DNA of 63,993 nt, counting the filler, from Octopus bimaculoides (lineage: Eukaryota): assembly GCF_001194135.2 (NCBI RefSeq). It is 8 parts of 7 records of this genome, joined end to end, with 100 filler letters (N's around TTAATTAATTAA, not from the genome) between each part and the next. Parts side by side here need not be neighbours in the genome. Positions count along the whole stretch, not along the records: positions 1 to 26,428 come from NC_068994.1; positions 26,529 to 40,780 come from NC_068988.1; positions 40,881 to 52,071 come from NC_068991.1; 5 more parts are not named here. One strand, 5' to 3'. The notes below the pieces were generated by a model, which saw only the letters and a program-made list of their open reading frames with translations, was not told the origin of the DNA and did not search any database. How positions within the stretch are numbered: position 1 is the stretch's first letter; each line of letters starts with the position of its first letter. Below are positions 24,950-41,120 of the stretch, piece by piece. The position numbers and the translations under genes are program-made.

Positions 24950-26379
24950 TATCAGTAAAGTCTTGGAGTGAATCATCAGAAAGAAGTTGATAATGTTCCT
25001 AGAAGAAAATGACCTACTGAACAATACACAGCACGGCTTCCGTTCTGGAAGAAGCTGCCTCACACAGCTACTACAGCACCATGACTGGGTTTTGAAGCAG
25101 CTGCTTGACCATTCAGATGTCAGCGTGATATACCTTGGCTTTGCAAAGGCATTTGATAAGGTAGATCATGGCATGATATGTCATAAGCTACGAGACCTTG
25201 GCATTGCTAGTGAACTGGGAGAATGGCTACATGACTTCCTTAAAGACAGAAGTCAGATAGGTGCAGCCATTGATGCCCTTTCTGAGGAAACCCAAATCCT
25301 AAGTGGCATCTCTCAGAGAACTGTTCTGGAGCCATTACTGTTCATAATAGCCCATTTAGGCATGCCCACGATCACTCGGACAGCTACTGTCACTAGATGT
25401 ACCGATGATACAAAATTATCACAGGTAATAAAAGACCAAGATGGTGTTGCAAGCTTACAGTGGGACCTGAAATCAATATACAAGTGGACCGAAATAAACA
25501 ACGTGCAATAAGATGCTGGAAAATTTCAAGCACTTCACTATCAACTCACGAATGTGCTACAGCCTGTATATACAGGACCCGGAGGCACTACAATCCCAGA
25601 GGTACAGGCAGTGAAAGACTTGGGGATCAGTATGTGCAATGACGAATCATTTTATATGCACATTACCAAGATGACAGCAAAGTGCAGACAACTGGCGAGA
25701 TGGATACTGAGGTCCTTCAAGACAAGAGACTAAGAAACTATGTTGACTCCGTGGAGAACCTTTGTTTTCAACCGCCTGGACATCTGCTCCCAGTTATAGT
25801 CACCTCATAGTGCCAAACTAACAGCGGCTCTTTAAGCAGTCCAAAGCCACTACACTAAAAAGATTGAGACTGTGCAGCGGATGAGCTACAGGGATATGCT
25901 GAGAAAACTGCAACTTTACTCCTTGAAGCGAAGGCGTGAGAAATATGTAATAATCTACATTTGGAAAATTCTAGAAGGACTTGTACTTAATTTCTGCATT
26001 GAATGTTATACAAATGCGAGAACTGGCCGCCATTGTATTGTACCAAAGGTACCACACACTCAATCTAAATTCAGGACCAGGTACTGCAATACATTGAAAG
26101 GCCACAGCGCTTCAATGCCCTGACACAAAAATTAAGAAATCTGCGTAAGGTATGAGTAGATGTCTTCAAAAAGGAACTAAACACTCCTCTCCACCATACC
26201 GGATGAACAAACAGTCCGACATGAGGTGCGGACGAGGGCAGCGGAATCAAACTCCCTTGTACATTAAATGGACACATACAGGAGTGGTGATGTGAAACAA
26301 CTCAGACTGAGGAAATCAAAAGGAACACGGTGGTGCTCCAGCATGACCAAAAGCTACATGGGTAAAACAAGTAAAAGAG
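24950..26379 (+). mobile_element. CR1-clade LINE, 5'-truncated, degenerate RT with intact 3' end
   Basis: QHGFRSGRSCLTQLL, YLGFAKAFDKVDH, SGISQRTVLEPLLF, CTDDTK, SYRDMLRKLQLYSLKRRRE...IWKILEGL; stops and frameshifts; tail at 26329-26379. Confidence 0.88.
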
Positions 26380-26472
26380 TATGTGTGTGTGTAATTGCGT
26401 GTATGTATGTGTAAGTATGTGTGTATGTNNNNNNNNNNNNNNNNNNNNNNNNNNNNNNNNNNNNNNNNNNNN

Positions 26473-26484
26473 TTAATTAATTAA
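26473..26484. other. synthetic scaffold linker TTAATTAATTAA (1 of 7)
   Basis: Centred in N44-12mer-N44 (100 bp); same construct at 40825, 52116, 56649, 58226, 61524 and 62848; gives stop codons in all six frames. Confidence 0.93.
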
Positions 26485-26528
26485 NNNNNNNNNNNNNNNN
26501 NNNNNNNNNNNNNNNNNNNNNNNNNNNN

Positions 26529-28904
<2,376 letters not shown>

Positions 28905-28914
28905 NNNNNNNNNN

Positions 28915-28961
<47 letters not shown>

Positions 28962-28962
28962 G

Positions 28963-29012
<50 letters not shown>

Positions 29013-29030
29013 ATAATAATAATAATAATA

Positions 29031-29325
29031 GGGCTGATTCCTTCCTAGCTCAGATACCAGGAAACTCCAACATGGCAGAAATTCAAAAGACAGCGATCAT
29101 GGGAACTACCAATATCCTACTTAAGATACTATGTAATCTCAAATGTTTTAACTCATAATTTTTGGATGATTTCTTAAACATTCTCTAGAAGAATAATCTG
29201 TACAAAACCAAATATATGAGACCCAAGGTATAACACCAATATGTACTTCTAACTCGTTGTTTTATGAGGTCTATGGGTGAGATTTGGAGCCAATTTGTAC
29301 AAATGCAAAACAAAAGTCAAACATG
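29031..29325 (+). mobile_element. R4/Dong-like LINE, extreme 3' fragment
   Basis: ADSFLAQIPGNSNMAEIQKTAIMGTTNILLKIL matches the C-terminus of the other RLE copies; TAA repeats on both sides. Confidence 0.75.
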
Positions 29326-31093
29326 TAATAATAATACAGTGAAGAACGAGTAAAGTGTGCGTAAGTCAGATTGGCAAATGATGACTATCTCCAAATATAA
29401 CAATATATATATATATATTTCATGTAATCGTAAATGAAATGGTAGACAAGTGCGAAACATCGAAGTCAAGTAACACTCTCTGATTGTTATCAACATTAAG
29501 AATTGTACAGACACGCGCGCTTGCGAGAGCGCATAAATATGTACTATATCCACATACACACACACAAGCACCCACCCATCCACCCACACACACATACACA
29601 CACACATAAGACACACATTCACACGCAGTCATTCCCACGCATAACAGCCGACGTTATGTCGTTGGGATTATATAAGTGTCTAGCTATGACAGACAAGCTA
29701 TAGCTCTGTGTTCACGATCATGTCATTTTTGCTTTTACAGCGATAGGCTACACAGAAGCAGTCTCGATGGCTTGATATAATTCATAGCAATAATATTATA
29801 CTGAATGAATATAAATACCAGTAGACTATATTAGGTAATAAATATTCTGTCTTTGGCATTTTTAGATTCTATTCTCATATATACAGAAGACGCATTCAAT
29901 TGAGTTACAGACGTTTATGTGTAGCTGCACAAATTTTTAATATCATTCTCGAATTTATACACATATGAGTGCAATAAATATGACCACTATTCTAATCATG
30001 TGATTTTTGAGCTTGTAATTGTATTTTAACAATACATAACTATTTTATAGATGAGTAGATTTATCGGAGAATGAGGTTAAAGAAAGACTGAATCGAATTA
30101 GAATTAGTATCAGAATAGTCATTACTATAGCTTCAAACCAAGCAGTTATTTTTGGTCTGATAATTATTCTAATTTCTCTACTGCCGAAACGCTAAATACG
30201 GAGATATAAACAATCCAACAGCATGTGTGAAGCTGTAACTGTAGGAAAAACACACACAAGTATATATATATATATATATATNNNNNNNNNNNNNNNNNNN
30301 NNNNNNNNNNNNNNNNNNNNNNNNNNNNNNNNNNNNNNNNNNNNNNNNNNNNNNNNNNNNNNNNNNNNNNNNNNNNNNNNNNNNNNNNNNNNNNNNNNNN
30401 NNNNNNNNNNNNNNNNNNNNNNNNNNNNNNNNNNNNNNNNNNNNNNNNNNNNNNNNNNNNNNNNNNNNNNNNNNNNNNNNNNNNNNNNNNNNNNNNNNNN
30501 NNNNNNNNNNNNNNNNNNNNNNNNNNNNNNNNNNNNNNNNNNNNNNNNNNNNNNNNNNNNNNNNNNNNNNNNNNNNNNNNNNNNNNNNNNNNNNNNNNNN
30601 NNNNNNNNNNNNNNNNNNNNNNNNNNNNNNNNNNNNNNNNNNNNNNNNNNNNNNNNNNNNNNNNNNNNNNNNNNNNNNNNNNNNNNNNNNATATATGCTG
30701 TGTGTGTGCTCGCGCGCTGCCGTGTGTAAGGTGTATTTACACATGTAGACAGTCAGTCAGAGTTCAGACACGAATAGATCGAGAGACATGTGTGCAATCG
30801 AACGATTTGGAATCAGACATCCGAGCCATCGGCACAGTCTGTGCTACGTCTGTGCTGATGTATTTACCACCCTGCCTCACACACACACAGACATACAGAT
30901 ACACACATACAGTGTATGCATGAGAGTATAATATATGTAAACTTGCGTATGTAAATTTTGATCATTTGCTAATATATTAGTAAAAATAAAGCATCAAAGT
31001 ACTTTGTGAAATATTTGAACTGAATTGTCAGTAGGGGCAGTAAAGATACCTTCGTGAATGATGATGCAATTAACTATATCATTGTATAGCTAC

Positions 31094-31223
31094 CTGATTT
31101 CAAAACTATTGTCAGAGATATTAATCAATGAGTTCTTTAATGCAAATACGGCTGTGTATTGTTCATGTTTCCACCAGAGAAGTAGCACGTTCTCTTCATA
31201 TTTGGAGGGATCGTGGCTTTCTG
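31094..31223 (-). CDS. candidate internal coding exon (130 nt), unknown protein
   Basis: Acceptor TCTTGTCTCCTACAG, donor AG|GTAGCT; open frame (A)ESHDPSKYEENVLLLWWKHEQYTAVFALKNSLINISDNSFEI(R); phase-1 start fits the exon at 35931-36123. Confidence 0.45.
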
Positions 31224-31510
31224 CTGTAGGAGACAAGATTGTCCTAAACAGAAAAGAAGTCCGGAGTCTCAGCTGTTGCTGACAGAATTGGCTTGGAGTG
31301 TGGTTTTAGATATTAAATGGCGGATGATGATAGAAGGTAATATATATATAGGATTACGTTAACCAGACTATCCTTCATAAACTAAATGTGTACGTCGTGA
31401 CTTGCGAAAGGTTTGGTAGCTATTTCTGGTAAGTCATGTACCTGCATGAATGTTACTTTGGTGAATTTCTTTTTCTGAATCGTATGGGTATATATATATT
31501 TTAATCATAT

Positions 31511-31645
31511 CTCTTTTAGTAGTCAGACTGCAGGCATGCTGGGGCACCATCTTGAAGATTTTTTTTAGTCCAAAGTATCGACCCCAGTACTTTTCGGGCA
31601 TTTTTGTCGAACCGATAAGTTTCAAGGGAAATAAACACGCCGACA
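31511..31645 (-). mobile_element. SINE family B, 3' half
   Basis: Minus: TACTGGGGTCGAT...GGTGCCCCAGCATGCC. Confidence 0.75.
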
Positions 31646-31699
31646 CCGTTTGTCAAGTAGATGATGAAATTAAATGTGCTAAGAATATAGGCATTAAAA

Positions 31700-32590
31700 C
31701 ACTAAGGCAAACAACGAAATGCTACGCCTCATCTCAAAATACTACTGTATATGTCAACTCGCAACCCTAGATACAATGAGGCATACAACACTACTGTACA
31801 AAATCTACCAATGCTCACTAGGGATCCAAAAATGAACAACCTTCTGAAAACACATAAATTCATCAAATGTAAAATTGATGAAACGACTCCTGACAAATGC
31901 GAAGCTATACACAACCACCACGAAACTGATGATTAAAAAATGTGGACGTCCAAACTGTGGAACATGCCCCAATCTACTAGAAGGCTCGGAATTCTAATTT
32001 ACACAAGGAGGTTCTCAATTAAGACCAACTTCAATTGTGTCTGAGAATTTAATTTATGTTTTAACTTGTTCAGGTTGTGGACATAATTATATAAAACAGA
32101 CAAGTAAGTCACTTAGACGACGAACCACACTACATGAGGAACAGATCCGTTTCTCAAAATATAGACAGATACCTTTGTGTGAACATATAGAGAGATGAGC
32201 AGGAAATATCCAACCGAATTTCACAGTTCTCTCCATCTACCAGTGCAAAGAAACAATTTCTGTACAACAACGTTTAAATAAAAAAAATATAGTTATCGAA
32301 GAATACAGAACACGCCTAAACATGAAGGCATAGCCAACTTTGGTCTCAGTATATATTTTAATTCATGATCACTTATCCATCACAGCCCATGTTTTTCTAA
32401 AATAAGCAATTACCTCCCCTGTCCCTAGTAATAGCTATCACAAATGACCTCCCCTTCGATTTTTCTATTTGTTGCGTTGATTCATTCACAAACCTTCATA
32501 CAAGAACATGGTCTAAAATCTTCATTAGAAAATACGAAATTACAATACTTTCAATGTCGTGATTAGCGAAAGCGAAACCGGTCGACAACC
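31700..32590 (+). mobile_element. Penelope-like element 3' fragment: GIY-YIG endonuclease plus HHR-like downstream repeat
   Basis: KKCGRPNCGTC, NLIYVLTCSGCGHNYIKQTSKSLRRRTTLH (GIY-YIG type), stops and frameshifts; degenerate minimal HHR at 32555-32587. Confidence 0.8.
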
Positions 32591-32721
32591 ACACTATCCT
32601 TTCATTTGAAATATATTAAAATTATGTAAACTGTGTGCATTTTCCTTCTCTTATTATATATATATATATATATATATGCATTACAACTCACCACGTGGGG
32701 ATAATGGAAATCCTCTTCCTC

Positions 32722-32905
32722 TCTTTTATTACTACATATATAAACGACGGGCTTCAGGTTTCTTTCGGTTTCCGTCTACCAAATCCACTCGCAGGTCTTT
32801 GGTCGGCCCAAGGCCATAGTAGAAGACAATTGCTCAAGTTTGTGGGACGAGATCTGGAAACATGTAGTTTTGAAGCAAGCTTTTTATTACACGGTCACGC
32901 TCACA
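32722..32905 (-). mobile_element. SINE family B, 5' half, diverged
   Basis: Plus strand ACGACGGGCTTCAGGTTTC...GTCTACCAAATCCACTC...CCATAGTAGAAGAC. Confidence 0.75.
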
Positions 32906-34195
32906 CCTGTGGTGCTAATTTACAAACGCATAGCTCATTCCAGAATAGAATAGCTCGTTACATATAAGACGGATTGAAACTTTGCAAGGGAAAATACTTA
33001 TTAAAGATATTTACATAATTTGTGGAAGATATAAAAACAAACTGAGCCATAGTCAAATTGAAAGCAACAGTGTTCTCTGCGGTTTGAGCCTGATACTCGG
33101 TTTGCTTAGTATTTAAGATTCAATTACTCTTCGTTTGTCACTCGTTGTCGAGGATAACCAACGAAAAAGTTAATACGAAAACCATTACGAACGTATGTAA
33201 TGATTGATCCTGGATGGTTGATAACACCTAACTGGAAACTTATACGAATATATTTACAAACACGCACATACATATCTCTTCTCAGTCTTTTATATACCAT
33301 TATACATATCTATTTATCTATATATGAGTGAGAACATCTGTGTGTGTAATCATGCACGTAACATGTAAGTAATTATACACACACACATATATATATATGT
33401 ATACATAGGTAAATACGTGCATAAACAAAAATATATGTATATATATATATATATATCTAAACAAGATACATTTGCGTACTTTCATTTATTAAATTAAATA
33501 AATCGAATTGGAAAATAATGTTTCAAGTATGTCTAAAGCTAAGATTTAAAAAAAGGTGTATAAATTTCAAACTCTTTTTCGTATCATTTATAATTTAGTA
33601 ACCGAATCAAATCTCATACAAAGGACATTTTACCAAATCTAAACCAAAAACATAAGCATTATATATTAGATTCAGTGAGATTAATACCTACATGGATACA
33701 TTTACACATACATACACTCCACTGTACCAGAAGAGAACTAAACACAAACACACACATATATGTATTGGTAGATAGATATACATACTTACAGACAGACAAA
33801 TAGGTAGATATACGTATGACAGTATATATGTCATGAAATGGTGAAACGGGCCATGCTTGCAGGAATCTAGCAAATGTAGTAATTTTAGTATGACTTTGGA
33901 AAACGTAAATTAAACTAAAACTATGCAGAAAATACGTTTCATTTTTTATTTTTGTTTACTTCAGTTATATTATCCAATATCGAACGAAATCTTCCTTTCC
34001 ACATGGAGACAAATGAAGTACTTAATAAATTCAGACATCCAAATTCAGGTTTAAGTACAACGTTCATGCAAAGGAAATATATGTTGTTATTGCATGCAAT
34101 TCTGTTGTTTCCTCCATAAAACGTAGAAATCTTTGGTTACCACGAAAGCATTAAAAAAATTCCAATATCAGCGAAAGATTCGGAGCCAAGCTGAA

Positions 34196-34219
34196 CAGCA
34201 ACAACAACAACAACAACAT

Positions 34220-34274
<55 letters not shown>
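34196..34274. repeat. (AAC)n/(ACT)n microsatellite
   Basis: Direct reading; similar array at 35210-35298. Confidence 0.95.
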
Positions 34275-35208
34275 AAGAACAACATTTACCATTGGCAGGT
34301 TAACGCTACTCAATATATATATGTTTATGTTTAATGTTATTGTTCTGATTTTATCTATGGTTTCAAATACCAAGCAGGAGTAAGTTGTTAACTTCGTTTA
34401 GCAATCCTAATGAACTAAGTTCGATCCACTGCAAGTCACCTGCGTGGGCGCGCGAACGTGTGTGTTGTTATAAACTTCACTGTTCATTTCTATAATTATG
34501 TCCCATCGTGAAGGCAACTAAGAAGGCTTAGTGTGGCAGACCATTGAAGTATTTACTTAATCTATATTAAAATACGAATTTTTGTCAGCCTATCCACCCG
34601 TTTCATGCTATTCTCAGATCTAGATAGTTGTCAAGTAATTCGTTTGTAGAAATGAAAGAAAAAAAAAGGAAGAGAGAAAAGAGAAAACCAAAAAAAAAAA
34701 AACGAAACTATTCAATTTATTCATTGAATTCACGTATGTACCATAAGAAAAAATAAAGTTGTGGCCATGAATATCTTACTCTCCAAAACAATGAATTGTA
34801 TGTTAGAAGGTGTAGAATGGAATAAGAAAGAAAACGGTAAAAAAGAAAAAGTGAAATGGTAAATAAAACTTTGAGTCAGAAAATCAGTTAAGTCTGCTGT
34901 AAATATATTTCGATTTATTGAATTCAGTTCCTAATCCCGATTAAAAATACTTATTTTTGAGCTGGCTAAACTATTTTACAAAATAGCTTCAGTAGGCAAA
35001 ATCGTCATGTCTGCTTTTTTGTATGGTAAATATACCTCCAATATAGATATTTGTTGGTAAGCAGTAGTTGTGAGATTAGAAACGTCATGAAAATATTTCT
35101 TTATCCTTAAATAAAAATAATTCGTTTGAACTTATCATTTAACACTTTATATCAGAGAAAGTTTTGACAGAAATTTGTCACTGAAATGTTATGCTAAAAT
35201 CATGTTAA

Positions 35209-35297
<89 letters not shown>

Positions 35298-35930
35298 GCT
35301 ACCATCATCACAGAATTAAACAAAAAAAAAACGGTAAGCCCTTTCATCTACAGATTTTACTTCATAAACCGGGAGGGTTTAAATTTTAAAAAAAATGGTT
35401 ATTTTCAGACATACATAGGATGAAACGCATAGAAGAACACACTCATACAGAGTCACAAATGAAGGAAAGCAAACGAAAGAAATCAACTGAAGAAACTCGA
35501 AGCAATGTCGCCAAACATGATACCTCAAAAAATATAATGTAAAATAATGAAACAGTAGGATCTTCAATAAAGGAATCGATCCATCAATCGGCAGCGCAAA
35601 ACAGAGAGTTACACTATTAATGTATGATACATACATACATACATGCATACATATGGATGTGTGTGTGTGTGTGTGTAAATATATATGTGCGTGTATGTGT
35701 ATTGAAATTATATATATAAATATATATAAATTCATATAATATATGCATACGTTACACATACACACACAAAAACGCACACACGCACATATGCATGCTTATG
35801 CATTTGTATGCTTAGACACATATGTATACATATAATATACACCCAAATGCACAAACACGCAAACATGCTGAATTGAGCGCGAACATTAATTTGCTAAATC
35901 GTCAGTAAACTTGCAGTTTCATGAAAATAC

Positions 35931-36123
35931 CTAACGAATTTTGGTTGTCATCGTACGTCATTCTGTAAGCTAAACCGATGGGAGATTTATCTTCGCATCT
36001 TTCATCTTTGAACATTTGATTGAAGTACTCCGAACTAATGACATTCCCATCAATCATGTTTTGTCCACGCTGTACGTAGCTTGGTAAGACAGGCCGTACT
36101 ACAGTGAATTTTGTCTTTGCCAT
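35931..36123 (-). CDS. candidate first coding exon, unknown protein
   Basis: Acceptor TTTCATCCAG at 36139-36148, in-frame upstream TGA, AAAATGG start context, 64 codons MAKTKFTVVRPVLPSY...YDDNQNSL, donor G|GTATTT; GC and CpG richer than the flanks; no TE motif recognised. Confidence 0.48.
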
Positions 36124-37574
36124 TTTCAAGATTCATTGCTGGATGAAACATGAGAATACACAATTAATTTGAATATTACCTATATATGTGAATTAGAGTT
36201 TTGATGCAGTGATAGTTTCTTTCAAAGACATTGGAACGATTATTTTCTTAAGACATGTTTCAACTGAATCCGCTGTTATCATGGCAAACATCAAAGTCAT
36301 AACATTTCTAACGTAACTGCGCACCAGCCAAACCATTTTTAAGTTCCTACATTCATGAGATCTCAAAGGTCAGCTGTATCCCCAAAACGCTTACAGTTCG
36401 GTACTGTATATGTATATATATANNNNNNNNNNNNNNNNNNNNNNNNNNNNNNNNNNNNNNNNNNNNNNNNNNNNNNNNNNNNNNNNNNNNNNNNNNNNNN
36501 NNNNNNNNNNNNNNNNNNNNNNNNNNNNNNNNNNNNNNNNNNNNNNNNNNNNNNNNNNNNNNNNNNNNNNNNNNNNNNNNNNNNNNNNNNNNNNNNNNNN
36601 NNNNNNNNNNNNNNNNNNNNNNNNNNNNNNNNNNNNNNNNNNNNNNNNNNNNNNNNNNNNNNNNNNNNNNNNNNNNNNNNNNNNNNNNNNNNNNNNNNNN
36701 NNNNNNNNNNNNNNNNNNNNNNNNNNNNNNNNNNNNNNNNNNNNNNNNNNNNNNNNNNNNNNNNNNNNNNNNNNNNNNNNNNNNNNNNNNNNNNNNNNNN
36801 NNNNNNNNNNNNNNNNNNNNNNNNNNNNNNNNNNNNNNNNNNNNNNNNNNNNNNNNNNNNNNNNNNNNNNNNNNNNNNNNNNNNNNNNNNNNNNNNNNNN
36901 NNNNNNNNNNNNNNNNNNNNNNNNNAATGTTAATTCTCTAAATGAAGTATTAACAGTAACTGCACGATAAAGTGTAGTATATTGCCACTTAAGTGTGGCT
37001 GACCCCTAGGGGTGGATGTTACTGTTGCTTTTAGCCCCAGGAGGACATCTCCTCCAGCTGGCTTATCGACACACGACTGTGTCCTGTTTGCCAAGGAGCC
37101 AGCTGGAGCCAGGAGCCAAGGAGCCAGCTGGAGGAGATTATCAATAAGAACTGAGAGAGAAGTTTGAAATAAGTGGAATAAGACAATATGTGCATGGTTC
37201 CGAATGGTTGGACCTCTTGAGATTTTGCATGTTTCCCCATCTATTAAAATATAAAATAGAAGGAGAGAGACACAAACGGACAAGCATAGAGGGAGAAAGA
37301 CACACACAAACAGAGGAGACGGAGAGAAAGATTTGGTGAAAAGGTAGATTGTTTCCTGGAAGTGCCATTTCAGAGAATACCATCTTTGTTTGAAGAGACC
37401 AAATGTGGTTTTGAACTTGGTGTATGTCTTGATATGGTGGAAGAGTGGAAAGAGATATTCCTGAACAATATATGTATATACACACACACACACACACACA
37501 TACACACACACACACACATTTATATATATATATATATGTATATATATATAAAATTAGTATATGTACATATATGT

Positions 37575-37819
37575 ATAAAGAAAGAAAAAGATAAAGAGAC
37601 CGATGGCAAAATTTGAATTATATTTTATGTATAAAGCATTACAGCTGTTTCAGGGAAGTAGAAGAATGGATTATTACATCTATAATCTATATATTCTTCT
37701 ACTATTACCGTCTCCGATGAAGGGATACGTTGGATTTTCACTGAAACACCTGTAAGACTTTATACATAGAATATAATTCTAACTTTGCCATTGGTCTCAT
37801 TATCTTTTTCTTTCTTTAT
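37575..37819. mobile_element. inverted pair of HHR-bearing Penelope-like terminal repeats
   Basis: Arms 37575-37657 and 37737-37819 are reverse complements; plus-strand GTCT-CCGATGA-AGGG...CT-GAAA-CACCTG-TA-AGAC at 37710-37758; third copy at ~42375-42475. Confidence 0.8.
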
Positions 37820-38449
37820 ACATACACGCGCTAATACACGACCTGTTATATTCTCCACTCATGTTGCTACAACGACAGGGGCATAACTAGTCGGTATACA
37901 GTACTTACTTGGTATTGCCTATATCTCTGTATCTTCATAACGTTTATATGTACATATATATATATATATATANNNNNNNNNNNNNNNNNNNNNNNNNNNN
38001 NNNNNNNNNNNNNNNNNNNNNNNNNNNNNNNNNNNNNNNNNNNNNNNNNNNNNNNNNNNNNNNNNNNNNNNNNNNNNNNNNNNNNNNNNNNNNNNNNNNN
38101 NNNNNNNNNNNNNNNNNNNNNNNNNNNNNNNNNNNNNNNNNNNNNNNNNNNNNNNNNNNNNNNNNNNNNNNNNNNNNNNNNNNNNNNNNNNNNNNNNNNN
38201 NNNNNNNNNNNNNNNNNNNNNNNNNNNNNNNNNNNNNNNNNNNNNNNNNNNNNNNNNNNNNNNNNNNNNNNNNNNNNNNNNNNNNNNNNNNNNNNNNNNN
38301 NNNNNNNNNNNNNNNNNNNNNNNNNNNNNNNNNNNNNNNNNNNNNNNNNNNNNNNNNNNNNNNNNNNNNNNNNNNNNNNNNNNNNNNNNNNNNNNNNNNN
38401 NNNNNNNNNNNNNNNNNNNNNNNNNNNNNNNNNNNNNNNNNNNNNNNNN

Positions 38450-38662
38450 TGTGTGTGTGTGTGTGTTTGTGTGTCTGTGTTTGTCCCCCAAGCACTGGGG
38501 GGACCGATGCTGGTGTGTGTCTATATCCCCATCACTTAGCGGTTCGGCAAAAAGTGCCCGATAGAATAAGTACTAGGCTTACAAAGTCCCGTGGTCAACT
38601 TGCTCGACTAAACGCGGTGCTCCAGCATGGCCGCAGTCATATGACTAAAACAGGTAAAAGAG
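38450..38662 (+). mobile_element. SINE family B, 3' half (5' part in gap)
   Basis: CCGATGCTGGTGTG...CTTAGCGGTTCGGC...GCGGTGCTCCAGCATGGCCGCAGTC. Confidence 0.85.
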
Positions 38663-38740
38663 TATAAGAGTATATATAGACACACACACATATGTGTACA
38701 GGTTTCTGTATACATACATAGAAATATACATATGCACAGT

Positions 38741-38771
<31 letters not shown>

Positions 38772-39335
38772 GTACACATAAATACATACATATATACGTA
38801 TAATATTCTAGAACATATGGCTGACTTTTGTTTCCTTAGCACATTTCTTCGTATACTTTACACATTTTAACTATACCATTTTTTTCCATTTTGTTTGCCC
38901 CAAAGCACATATAAGTGGCAAATATAGTGTCTAAAAGATTTCGTTCTGATTACTAATGAGATAATTCCATATAAAATAAATTTAGTAACGTAAGATGCTA
39001 AACTTAGAAAATTCCAAGAGGATGATGCACAATTTTGCCAAGACAAATTATTGATGCCAAGAGGCATAAACTGTAAGGCATAAATGAACGTGATTAGAAA
39101 GAAATGTGGTATTCATTGCAATATATTTACATTACAAAATGACTATTCAACTCTATTTGATAGAAGATTAAAAGAAAAAGCAATATAATTTTGATTGAAT
39201 TTATACATAAATGTAATTATATTCTATTAATTTCAGTAAGAAAACAGATTTAAATCGTATAAAAATAGTTACAGAAATTGGTTGAGTTTAGGCATGTATC
39301 AGCACGAAATATATTCCAATATAACTTGAAGTGGC

Positions 39336-39366
<31 letters not shown>

Positions 39367-39376
39367 TGTATGTATG

Positions 39377-39407
<31 letters not shown>

Positions 39408-39693
39408 GTAATTTTGCAGTGTGACAAGTTAGAGATCAANNNNNNNNNNATAAAGTGTGAACTTACTTCAAAATAATTTAGTATTTTTTCTCTTTATTGA
39501 GGATTTATATATCTCAAAAAAAAAAAACCCCACAAAATCTATATATTCAATTTAGAAGGTTTTACACATTTCATATTGATTTTATTATTGTTTTTACTGT
39601 TTACATTTACACTTTTAAAATTTTAACATATTATATCTCTAGAGGGAATTAAGTATGTTAGCAGTAGTATGCAGTGGACATACTACTAAATGC

Positions 39694-40780
<1,087 letters not shown>

Positions 40781-40937
40781 NNNNNNNNNNNNNNNNNNNN
40801 NNNNNNNNNNNNNNNNNNNNNNNNTTAATTAATTAANNNNNNNNNNNNNNNNNNNNNNNNNNNNNNNNNNNNNNNNNNNNAAATATATTTTTGACGGATT
40901 TCTTCCTCCAGTTGTTGAGATGTTATGCGCGTTCGGT

Positions 40938-41005
40938 CATATGAGTCTGACGAGTCGCCTATACAGCTAAGCGCTTTATAGGTTGAAACCAATGGTCCCT
41001 CTATG
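40938..41005 (+). ncRNA. type I hammerhead ribozyme-like motif
   Basis: CATATGAGT-CTGACGA-GTCGCCTATA...TATAGGTT-GAAA-CCAATGG-TC-CCTCTATG; helix I 7 bp with a bulge and a closing mismatch, near-palindromic helix III, GUC site; base of helix II imperfect. Confidence 0.6.
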
Positions 41006-41120
41006 ATCAACCATAACTTTTAACTTTCTAGAAAATACATACATTACCGTCCTAATGCTTTAAAGTGTGCTTCTTTTTCGGATATATGAACTACTGATGA
41101 TGTATATATATATATATATA

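Noticed and set aside
29716-34190. Plus-strand acceptor-like sites at ~29735, ~31177 and ~34119
   Set aside because: Each gives only a short frame to a stop with no linkable upstream exon; expected by chance.
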